Positions 26,473 through 37,475 of a DNA stretch of 64,000 nucleotides are shown here, in pieces. A program made the translations under genes and the position numbers. The notes below the pieces were generated by a model. That model worked only from the letters and a program-made list of their open reading frames with translations. It searched no databases and was not told where the DNA came from. Positions within the stretch are counted from its first letter, which is position 1; every line of letters begins with the position of its first letter. This DNA is from the human T2T-CHM13v2.0 reference genome, Homo sapiens. Where the stretch lies: the NCBI RefSeq assembly GCF_009914755.1, contig NC_060930.1. The stretch is one strand, 5' to 3'.

Positions 26473-26756
26473 TTTCTTTTTTTTTTTTTTTTGAGACAGG
26501 GTCTTAATCTGTCACCCAGGCTAGAGTGCAGTGGTACAATTATGGATCACTGCAGCCTCCACCTCCGGGATTCAAGTGATCCTCCCACCCCAGCCTCCTG
26601 AATAGTGGTGACAACAGGCACACACCACCAAGCCTGGCTGATTTTTATATTTTTTGTATAGATGGGGTTTCACCATGTTGTCCATGCTGGTCTTGAACTC
26701 CTGAGCTCAAGTGATCTACCCATCTCGGCCTCCCAAAGTGCTGGGATTACAGACAT
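26473..26756 (-). mobile_element. Antisense Alu (AluJ-type, slightly 5' truncated)
   Basis: Poly-T, gagacagggtct...cctcccaaagtgctgggattacag. Confidence 0.94.
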
Positions 26757-27412
26757 CTTACTCTATAAATCAGAGATAAAACCTCTTAAAAGTTTGATAA
26801 GCAAAGGGCTTTCTTCTGAAGAAAATATACATGCATACAACATTTTGCATATGATTTTGGAAGATTCCTAGGTCCCCTGAATCCTAGGCATGAATTCTGT
26901 AGAGATCTATGGATCCCAGTCAGGTACACTGGTTTTAAAACATAAACGTTCCTAGGGCAGTATTGTAAAACAGAAAAACTACCTGAAATTTCTCTTCCAG
27001 AGGTTTTGCAGATATCATCATGGTTTGTCATTTGCAGAAAATGTCTTTGTGACCCAGACTATTCCCAGGACATTGAAAACTGGACTGCCGGAAAATCTAA
27101 ATAACCAATGTTTTTAAAATATGTTTTATATGCCTTTGTTTTTCATCTCCTTTGAACTTTTTATGTATTAAATAATAATAATATTTCTCAATATCAGGTG
27201 CCTCATTTTATAAATAAAAATATTTTATATTTTAAAGCAACTATACAAAATCTATAACATATTGAAATTTTTACTCCCCGTTCCTTATTCTTTTATAGAA
27301 AAAGATTTATTCAAGCAAGATGAAGAGTGATGAAACATATTTTAGTTATAACTTCTAATGTGTTTATAACTTTTCTAGAAGAAGATATGTATTCATACTT
27401 TTTTTCTTTTAG

Positions 27413-27457
27413 GGATTAGATGGAAATCCTGGAGCACCTGGTCCACGTGGGCCAAAG
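27413..27457 (+). CDS. COL19A1: Exon, 45 nt, GLDGNPGAPGPRGPK
   Basis: ttag|GGA...AAG|gtatac. Confidence 0.96.
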
Positions 27458-27565
27458 GTATACAAATATTATAGTTAATTTTTAAGGAATGAATAATTAA
27501 CAAAATACAGCAGAAAAATGTATGTCTCTTGAGCCTTGCAGTAACAGAAGCCTTTCATTTCACAG

Positions 27566-27643
27566 GGTGAAAGAGGACTTCCAGGTGTTCACGGTTCCCC
27601 AGGGGACATAGGCCCACAAGGGATAGGAATTCCTGGCAGAACA
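27566..27643 (+). CDS. COL19A1: Exon, 78 nt, GERGLPGVHGSPGDIGPQGIGIPGRT
   Basis: acag|GGT...ACA|gtaagt; one GI-G imperfection. Confidence 0.96.
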
Positions 27644-28319
27644 GTAAGTGAAATTCATTCGAGTCCTTGTTGATTCCAACATTGTGAAACAAAATCCAGT
27701 GTCAAATTTTAACAAGGAGAAAAGAATAGAAAGGTCAGAGACGGAAATACAAATAAACACTATCCAGAGATGACTGATCAGCATTGAGGTTGTATCACTT
27801 AAGCACAGAGACAGTACCCACTGTTTGTTTATTAACTTACAGATGCTGGTCACACATACACTAAGTTTGGATTAGAAGCAGTCATTTAACCCTTATACCT
27901 CTATTCTATATATTAAAAAGCACAAATACATGTTTGTAAGATAGTAAGAATGCCTAATATTAGGTCAATATATATTACAGCTTGTTTTTAATTAAGTTAA
28001 AACAAGAAATTAATATTTAAACTGGATGGAGTATGCATAAGTGAAATGACACCAAAAAGGTCTGAGTAACGTCTTCAGAGTGAAGAGATGATGTTTTCAA
28101 TGGTAAAAATAAATAATGAGAAGTTTTTAAAGTATTTAAACTATAAGGACAGAGCCTAGAACAGCCCCTATTAATAATGACCACTATATCCACACTTGTA
28201 GATCAAATAATAGTAAATGTACAATTTTTATTTACTATGGAAAGACATAAAACGTTTTTGAACAAGAAAAGTGGAAATAAATGGTTATTCTAATGACATT
28301 AATTTAGAAAATTGGTCTG

Positions 28320-29239
28320 TGTGGTGTAATACAAAAACAAACTAATTGTTTTCATATTATGCTCTTAACATTCAACATAAATACAATTCTGACACCAGCT
28401 GTGTGGGGTTTTTTTTCCCCTACTCATCAATTCCCCAATGGACATCAACTGAATGTTCTATTAGTCAATTCATGTCTGACACTATCTACCTGGATTAAGA
28501 GTCAGATCCCACAGGTTAAGGGCTCAGTCCCACAAAACTGACCCCTACTTCAGAGGCCAACTGCATATCTGGACCTTCATGACTTCTGTCCAACCAGCTA
28601 TAAACTGGGAGCTTCCATGACCCCCACCTCAGGTTCTATAGTTTGCTAGAGTGGTCCACAGAATCAAGTAACGCTTTCTTACGTTTACTGGTTTATGATA
28701 TCAGTAAAGGATATGATAAACGATACAGTTGAACAGTCAGAAGAGATACAAAGGGAGAGGTCTGGAAGGGTCCCTGAGTGTAGGAGCTTCAGTCCCCACG
28801 GAGTTGGGGTGTGTCACTCTCCTGGCACATGGGTGTTTTCGCCAGCCTGGAAGCTCTCTAAACTCCATATTTTGGGATTTTATAGAGGCTTCATCATGTC
28901 AGCAAGATTGATAATTAACTATATTTCCAGCCCCTCTCCCCTCTTCAGAGAACGCGGGGTGGGCTGAAAGGCAAGCTTCTAACTGTGGCTTGGTCTTTCT
29001 GGTGATCAGCTCCTATCCAGGAGCCCACCGAGAGTCACCTCATTGGAACAAAAGGCTCTCCTATCACCCAAGAAACCCAAGGGATTAGGAGCTCTGTGTC
29101 AGGAACCAGGGTCAAAAAACAAGTATTAGAACAGGACTTTATGTTAGCAACCTATTGTTAAGGAATTTACGAGGGTTTTAGGAGCTCTGTGCCAGGAACT
29201 GGGGGCAGAGAACACATATTATTTTATCACAATATCACA
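28320..29239 (-). mobile_element. MER21(A/B-like) LTR
   Basis: Homologous to 15449-16308 (agatcccacaggttaagggctcagtcccaca); ends cacaatatcaca. Confidence 0.82.
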
Positions 29240-29398
29240 TCCTTATATTGAAGTTATCATGAAAAGTTAAAAGAAAGCATAAGCAGTGAAGGGTTATGTT
29301 GTGAATGAGGGTTGTCTGATTTGCCAGGGCAAGAATGTAAAAGAACATTGGAGATGGAAATTAAGCCAAGTAAAAACTTGTATCAGAAAATTATTAGA

Positions 29399-29695
<297 letters not shown>

Positions 29696-30456
29696 AGAAA
29701 ATTATTAGGGAAGTGATGGTGGTCGAGGAAAAAATCACTCAGGGACACAGGATAAATAGGAAGGGAGGAAAAAGTAGCTTTGGCAAGAGCAGTGATATGA
29801 ATATTTATTTATTTAAATAAGAAAAGAAAAATCAGTGAGCAGTTACTGAAGTCAACTGCTAAGAAACCAGCTCTTGACTTACTTAGGTGAACATTCCTCA
29901 TGCAGAAGTTCATGGTTACCTAAGAGCGGTACAACTACCATCGTTAAGTTCCCTGATAATCTCCCAGCCTCATTTTATTTATCCGAAATTCTAATTTTCT
30001 AAAAGTAGAAAAAAAAATCATTGATTAGTGTTTTACCTCCTACTCCTGTCACTGAACACTGTTTCTGGTGATTTATTCCAAGAGATAAATGACTCAAAGT
30101 TGAAAGCAGAAAAGAATCCCTGAGCCAGTTACCCCTGTGGGTGGTCAGTTTCTGACAGGTGGAATTTGGATGCATTCTTTGTGCCCTCATGAATGTGCAG
30201 TGACAGATTATGGTAATGATATAGATGTCCCAAGTCCCTGAGCAAAATCATGTTGATGTTTCCAGCAACAGGTATCTGATTAAGTATTCACCTACGACCT
30301 GAAAGTCTTGGCCGACTTTGCAGTTTTCCACGTGTGTACGGTGGCAAACCCTGTTGTTCCTCTAAGTAAACTACAATGCTTAGTCTTTTATGTCACTTGG
30401 ATAATTTATGGACATTCTTGGTGGAATTTTAATAATAAAATCTCATTTGTACTCAG

Positions 30457-30492
30457 GGCGCCCAAGGACCAGCTGGAGAGCCAGGTATTCAG
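30457..30492 (+). CDS. COL19A1: Exon, 36 nt, GAQGPAGEPGIQ
   Basis: tcag|GGC...CAG|gtaagc. Confidence 0.95.
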
Positions 30493-30603
30493 GTAAGCTA
30501 TTTAACTAATTTTTTAGCACAGCAAAGCCAGCTTGCTTACTTGGGGGAAATGACTGAAAGACCATCCTCATAAGTAACTGTTTTTATTTCCCTCCTTTTC
30601 CAG

Positions 30604-30657
30604 GGTCCTCGAGGTCTCCCTGGGTTGCCAGGAACTCCAGGGACTCCAGGGAATGAT
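30604..30657 (+). CDS. COL19A1: Exon, 54 nt, GPRGLPGLPGTPGTPGND
   Basis: ccag|GGT...GAT|gtaagg. Confidence 0.96.
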
Positions 30658-30744
30658 GTAAGGACTTTCTTTATCTACCCTCCCCCATTTTAATCTGCAC
30701 CTGTGCCACGTGCAAAGATTGAACATGGATACCTCTGTTTTCAG

Positions 30745-30798
30745 GGAGTTCCAGGGAGAGATGGAAAGCCAGGCCTGCCAGGCCCCCCAGGTGACCCG
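30745..30798 (+). CDS. COL19A1: Exon, 54 nt, GVPGRDGKPGLPGPPGDP
   Basis: tcag|GGA...CCG|gtatgt. Confidence 0.96.
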
Positions 30799-32149
30799 GT
30801 ATGTAGACAAACCTTGTCTGATTTATGTATCTTAAATGCACCCAGAAGCCAAACAGCCTACCAAGCAAGTTTTGCTGTCCAAACTAATTAGAATGCTCGG
30901 TGACTGCTTGGTGATTTTGTTTATCCCCATTATTTTGTCGAGTGAAAAAAAATTCAGGCTGGATCAGCATTTCTGTGTGTGTGATGAATACTTATTTCCT
31001 AAGGGCATAATTCAACTGTACAATTTTGCCCCAGGCTGAGCCTTGGCATATAATGTCTCAATCCCATTGAAAATTGAGATAAAATATATTGCCACGATTT
31101 CTATTTTTTCTAATGCTAGTGGCTAAATGAATTTCATTTTTCTAAATGAAATTTTGCAGGTAAGTTGCCTACAATATGGTATAGATCCATTGATTCTGTA
31201 GCTTTAAAATGTTGCGATGATTAAATTATGAAAACTGGCTTGAGTAGGCTCTTAGAAAAAGGGTTAGGCACAAATGTGTGTTTCAAAGTTTTATTTTAGG
31301 TTAAACCTTGCTTTGAGCAACAGTGAAACCCCTTTAAATAGCCTCAGACTCGGCAGTTATAATTTGAGAGGCCATATGGTACATGACATTGTATTAAGAG
31401 TCTTGTATAATAAAATCCAAATCTGGCTTCTCAGTTCTAAGCCTCACAAATCCTTTCTACCTCCCACAGTGTTTGGGCCTTATGTGCCTTTATAAGCTAT
31501 GTGTGGAGGCATATTTTGGCATTACTTTAACGCCACTGTTGAGTGAATCACTTGTGCATTTTTCTGGGAATCTTGCAAAAATGTTACTTGGGTTTACACC
31601 GTGTCTCTCTGAAAGAACATCTCAAGACGTGTGGCCAAAAGGTAGCCCAAGTTCCTTCAGTGTTTGTCTTGCCTATCACTTAAGCCAACTGTAGGTTCTT
31701 TGAACTTCCATGAGAAATAACTTTAAGGCAAACTTATCTGGTACTTTTCATATTTCTCAACAGCCTGATAGTGTGTTCGCCAGAGGAATGATTTCCTTTT
31801 AATAAATAATTTATCTTTATGTATTATTTAAAACCAATGATATACCAGGGACAGCATAAAGGTTGCCATGAAAATATAAAATAGGGATGCACAGTCAAAA
31901 CTATGATATGTGTGTTTGCACATTCAAGAGAGAAGAATAGTGAACATTTTTCAAAATTTGTTCTGAATTCTATCAGTGCCATGTGCACATTTCTTTATAC
32001 GAAACATAATGTTAAGCCAGTGATTCTAAAGTGAGACACCAGAAGCTTCATGGCATTTTGAGGAAAAATGTCTACATTATACTGTATGTTTATATTGTAT
32101 TGTGTTCATATATAAATGCATGTATTTGGTTTTATCTTCTTAACCACAG

Positions 32150-32191
32150 ATTGCACTTCCTCTCTTGGGAGACATCGGTGCTTTGCTCAAG
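32150..32191 (+). CDS. COL19A1: Exon, 42 nt, IALPLLGDIGALLK (non-collagenous linker)
   Basis: acag|ATT...AAG|gtactc; matches the recalled collagen XIX linker. Confidence 0.9.
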
Positions 32192-32982
32192 GTACTCTAT
32201 TGCTATGTAAGAAATTATGTGTTAATTTCCAGGAAAAATTAGAAAGAAAAATATTTAGCAGAAATTGAGTCAATTGCTTAGCTGGAACTAAAATTCAATT
32301 TTTAAATGGCAGGACATCTTTAAGATAGGAAAATAAACATGTATCTTATATATCTTGTGCCATTTATCCTAATTCTTTCACTCTCTTCTTCTTTACCAGC
32401 CTCTCATTTTGGGTGGGGCAGGGGTGGAGGGCAGCTGGTAGGATAGTTATGAATTGGCTACAGGGAAGGAATTATGTCATTAGCACTCTGGAGTAGATTA
32501 TTCTCTCCTCTGGAGGAACATCTTTCTCTTAATGGGTGTTGACTCACCCTGGCTCACTACTGTGAAACCTAATCTTTCTCGCTATATCTGGCCTGGTCAG
32601 TCCCAAGATGAAAATCAGTGCTGCTCTATAAATAGCCACTTACAAGGCTGAATTTTGATGTCATAGGATTTTACAAAATTCCACAGTTGACAAGTGCCCT
32701 AATACCTGTTACTCTGTTCAATAAAAATCACCTCTACCTATTATCGTCTCAGGGAATTAATCTTGCTACCTCTTTTTTTTTTTATCTCTAACACTTCCCT
32801 GTATTTTATCAGTAAAACAGGTAGGGGGGGATGATAATGGCACATATGTAAGGGTATGTATTTGCATGTTTCTGCCTGATATGCTAAGATTGAGTGAGGC
32901 CACATGAAAATCAGGCCCTTGACTTCATACTCAAACACAGTGTGTTGTATCTGTCTTTGTATGAATGGACGTTGTGTATGTG

Positions 32983-33008
32983 TACACACACACACGCACA
33001 CACACACA
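32983..33008. repeat. (CA)n microsatellite
   Basis: acacacacacacgcacacacacaca. Confidence 0.9.
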
Positions 33009-34720
33009 GACTACAGTTATATATATATAATTTAGTTTGTATTTCTAGCATTTAGCCCAGTGATTTACACAATTATTTGCACAATAGTAAGCAGGCAGAA
33101 ATATTTGTTTAATTGAATTCAAAAGACTCGAGTTCCGGCATATACATTTGTAAGGTAGAGTTTTGAGAATAGATATATAAACATAAGTGTAAATATGAAT
33201 ATAAATATAAAAATATATTAAAGGAGTTTCTAAGACCTCCAAAACCAGCAGTTTTTATAAGCCAGAGAAGAATATTTGTGGGGATTTCAGGAAAATCTTA
33301 TATTTATTGAGTTAAAATTACATGCCACTCAATATGCCACTTTACTTATATCATCTTATTTAATTTCCTTAATAATCTTATGAGTTCAGGCTGTTGCGCA
33401 TTCCCACTCTATAGATGAGAGACCAGAAGTTCTCAGCAGTTAAGTAACTTTTTCAGTCATAGAGCAAGTAAATGTAACATTAACACAGGAACATAGGTCC
33501 TCAGACATTAAGTCCTAGATTCTTTACAAGACAGTGGTGCTGGAAATAGCAGGATTGCCGGAGTTATATCATTTCAGAATACTTAGGGTTCTTTAAGGAT
33601 GAGAAACTTGTATGCTTTAGTAGAAATGAATATACTGGTAGAATATGGGATCTCACAGAACAGATAAAAGGACCATGAATAGGCTCTGACGGGAAGTGGA
33701 ACCAGGGCTCTCAGAAGTGGAACTAATTGACAATCTCGCCCGGGAATCATCCCTCTAATGAGTGTGCTCTGCCATTGCACCAATCCCTGCATCATTTCAC
33801 TAAGGTTCTGAGTCCATAACGAGCAGGACATCTTGACTGATAGTCTCCACAAACTGTATACAATAGAAGAAAGGGGAGGTATGTAGTTCCCCGAACAAAA
33901 TCCAAATACAGGAATTTAGACTGTGGGTTGGATCTGTCATGCCAATGTAATAACATCATGTTAAATCCTGATCTTGTTACCCTATATGTTAACACTATCT
34001 CTCTCTGCCTTGAGTCTTTAGACAATTTGATCATCCTGCTTTCTGTTCGCAAAAATATCTTTGATTAAAGTATTAAAAAGAACTGGCATAATTACAGGCA
34101 CCTTCAAAGGCCTTCTTCTAGATTAATCAGCATATCAATCCCTCTTTGAACGACTTTGTGTATTGGTTAATAATTGATGCATCTTTATTCTTTCCATGAG
34201 AAAATCTTAAGACATTTTTCCAAGAATGTTAACAAAACTCAGTTATTTAAATTTGCCATTCTGGTAACCCTAACCCAAAGAAAATGAAGTCAGTTTCAAA
34301 TGACTCTTAAAAATTATGTTTATCATAATGATTATCATTTTTTAATGTTTCACTTAAACAGTCTATTGAATAATCTATTCTAAAATGTTGCTCCATATTG
34401 ATATGCCAAGGTTTTGCTCCATATTGAGATGCCATGTTTGTGTCTGCAGATAATTATCTTTTTCATACTTTTTGAAATATGGAAATCATTTTGTTTTTCT
34501 TAAGTTCTCAAGTGTCTCTTTATCTTCATAGTTTTTCAGGTGTCAGTAATAGTTCTATAAATATATATATTTAACTCCCCTGCCAACACATTACCACCTG
34601 TGAAATAATCCAGGTGGTAAAATTCATCTGGGAAACATTGCATATAACCCTAGTTCCCTTTTATATATTCAGACTCTAAGAAAGACCACCATGAAGAGAG
34701 CTTTTTCACCCAGCATTTTT

Positions 34721-35241
34721 TTTATGTACTTTAAGTTCTGGGGTACATGTGCAGAACGTGCAGCTTTGTTACATAGTTATACACGTGCCATGGTGGTTTG
34801 CTGCACCCATCAACCCGTCATCTACATTAGGTATTTCTCCTAATGCTATCCCTCCCCTACCCCCCCCAACCCCCCACAGGCCCCAGTGTGTGATGTTCCC
34901 CTCCCTGTGTCCATGTGTTCTCATTGTTCAGCTCCCACTTATGAGTGAGAACATACGGTGTTTGGTTTTCTATTCTTGTCTTAGTTTGCTGAGAATGATG
35001 GTTTCCAGCTTCATCCATGTCCCTGCAAAGGACATGAACTCATCCTTTTTTATGGCTGCATAGTTTTCCATGGTGTATATGTGCCACATTTTCTTTATCC
35101 AGTCTATCATTGATGGGCTTTTGGGTTGGTTCCAAGTCTTTGCTGTTGTGAACAGTGCTGCAATAAACATACGTGTGCATGTGTCTTTATAGTAGAATGA
35201 TTTATAATCCTTTGGGTATATACCCAGTAATGGGATTGCTG
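34721..35241 (-). mobile_element. 5'-truncated L1PA (about L1PA5-7) 3' end
   Basis: Reverse ORF2 end (ORF 34970-35170) and 3'UTR; TSD acccagcattttt at 34708-34720 and 35244-35256. Confidence 0.95.
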
Positions 35242-35272
35242 TAACCCAGCATTTTTGAGATGATTTGCCTCA

Positions 35273-35828
35273 TGTATTCATCAGGGTTCTCTAGAGGGAC
35301 AGAACTAATAGTATATATGTATATATGAAAGGAAGCTTATTAAGGAGAATTGACTCATGTGATTACAAGGTAAAGTCTGACAATAGGCTGTCTGCAAGTC
35401 GAAGAGCAAGGAAGCCAGTAGCAGATCAGTCCAAGTCTCAAAACCTCAAAAGTAGGGAAGCTGACAGCGCAGCCTTCAGTCTGTGGCCGAAGGCCTGAGA
35501 GCCCCTGGCAAACCACTAGTGTAAGTCTGAGAGTCCAAAGCTGAAGAATTTGGAGTCTTATGTTTGAGGGCAGGAAGCATCCAGCACAGGAGAAAGATGA
35601 AAGCCAGAAGACTCAGCAAGTCAACCCCTTCCACCTTCTGCCTGCTTTATTCTAGCCGAGCTGGCACCTGATTAGATGATGCTCACCCAGATTGAGGGTA
35701 GGTCTGCCTCTCCCAGTCCACCAACTCAAATGTTAATCTCCTTTGGCAACACCCTCACAGATGCACCTGGGAACAATACTTTGCATCCTTCAATCCAATC
35801 AAGTTGACACTCAGTATTAACCATCACA
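35273..35828 (-). mobile_element. MLT2A(2-like) HERV-L solo LTR
   Basis: tgtattcatcagggttctctagagggacagaactaatag...agttgacactcagtattaaccatcaca; 5-bp TSD cctca/ccttg. Confidence 0.9.
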
Positions 35829-36878
35829 CCTTGTAAGCTTTTCAGTATCGTGCAAAATTAGTGTTCCAAGGAGCCCATGTTTGAAAATCAGATTTACATT
35901 GCTATTCATTAGGTCAAAAATATTGAATTTGAATAGCCATGGGCTTTCTTGCCAGCTTCTTATCAATAACAAGCTTCACTTCTTTTTCATGTTTAAAGAT
36001 TCTTCCCTTTAGGGAAAAGGATGGAAGAATGGAAACTTAAGTTGTCCTACCTTCTGTCAACTGTTAAACTATCTCCCCCACTCAGTGGCCCTTATTCTGT
36101 GCCTTTCTTGGTCATATTCTTATTCCAACAATTTATTTAAAAATAAGCCTATATAGAGCTTTTCACACACACTTTCTTTAGCTGTGTGATGAGAGTTATG
36201 TTTATCTTATGAGCTCAGACACTTGAAGTCAAGCCTTCCCAGATCAACTAAAGGTTGCAGAGAAGGCAATGGAAAGGTCATTTCACTTAGATTTCCTATT
36301 GTCACTTGGATATGACCTAGGAGTCAAGTTTATGTCAGTCAAGTAATTATTTCTCTCGAGTGCCTCCACTGACAAAATGTTAGTAAACTGTATGTAGTTG
36401 GAGAACTAATTTTGCTCCCAGAAGAACAAATCCTTTCTTCACAATTTTTTCTGTTGTTTTTAAAATGGTTTATGCTATAGGTTGTTTGAATTCTGTAATC
36501 TTGCTGGGTTTTCTAAACTTTATTACCACTCCCTTTTAAAACATTCTGCTAAACAATTGAGCCTCAGTTTTTGTTCTTGACTTATGTGTCTTTTCCTTAT
36601 TTATTTGGAATTTTCTATTTAAGTGTCATTGGAGACCTGTTTTAAAAATAAAAGTTCATCAATATCATAAACAGATATCACTGATGAGCTTTGTAAACAG
36701 TTTTTGCCTCACAAAAATTAATGTTTTTAAATTGGATACATCAAGTGTCTGAAAGCAGAATGACCTATCTATATCACTCATCTCCAGAGGTTCCAAAAAA
36801 ACTTCACATCACATGAAACCTCACCTTTATAGACGGCTTTTATGACTCCCTCAGTAACCTTATCTTTATACTCATTAG

Positions 36879-36983
36879 AATTTCTGTGGCAACTGCCAAG
36901 CCAGTGTCCCAGGGCTGAAAAGCAACAAAGGAGAAGAAGGAGGTGCTGGTGAGCCTGGAAAGTATGATTCCATGGCCCGGAAG
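36879..36983 (+). CDS. COL19A1: Exon, 105 nt, NFCGNCQASVPGLKSNKGEEGGAGEPGKYDSMARK (CxxC linker, start of next COL domain)
   Basis: ttag|AAT...AAG|gtgaga. Confidence 0.93.
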
Positions 36984-37067
36984 GTGAGAAGCCTGGCTGA
37001 ATGTTTACGATCCCTGTGGGTTACATGTAGTGCATCCTCTCAGTTCTGTTCTTCCTCTGTCTTCTAG

Positions 37068-37121
37068 GGTGATATAGGGCCACGGGGTCCTCCAGGAATC
37101 CCAGGAAGAGAGGGACCAAAG
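37068..37121 (+). CDS. COL19A1: Exon, 54 nt, GDIGPRGPPGIPGREGPK
   Basis: ctag|GGT...AAG|gtaaga. Confidence 0.96.
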
Positions 37122-37216
37122 GTAAGAAATTCTCTCCTCCACTTTCCCCTGTGGGAACCTCAATTTAGTATGAAAAAAAGAACCCGATTTGAAAATAGAC
37201 AACTTTTAAAATACAT

Positions 37217-37268
37217 ACTATATATATATATGTATGTATGTATATGGAGAGAGAGAGAGAGAGAGAAA
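37217..37268. repeat. Compound (TA)n(TATG)n(GA)n microsatellite
   Basis: tatatatatatatgtatgtatgtatatggagagagagagagagagaga. Confidence 0.9.
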
Positions 37269-37421
37269 GTGATGTAAAAGTCACTTGCAAATGTTGCCAT
37301 TTATTTGTTCCCTGACCCTGTCCAAATTACATGCCCCAAGTGTTCTTAGAAGAGATTTTTTTCATTTCCAAAAGATAAGAAAAATGATTGCATGTGCTAG
37401 CTGAATGTATTGTCTTTTTAG

Positions 37422-37475
37422 GGAAGCAAAGGAGAGCGGGGCTACCCTGGGATACCTGGGGAGAAAGGCGATGAG
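37422..37475 (+). CDS. COL19A1: Exon, 54 nt, GSKGERGYPGIPGEKGDE
   Basis: ttag|GGA...GAG|gtaaca. Confidence 0.96.

Noticed and set aside
30485-30492. Internal cryptic donor CAG|GTATTC 8 nt upstream of the true donor
   Set aside because: The true donor CAG|gtaagc is much closer to consensus; such GT matches are expected in Gly (GGT) codons.
34388-34439. 26-bp duplicated unit (ttgctccatattga.atgcca) resembling an array
   Set aside because: Only two adjacent copies with no spacer; an ordinary tandem duplication. No CRISPR-like array, tRNA or rRNA was seen anywhere in the window.
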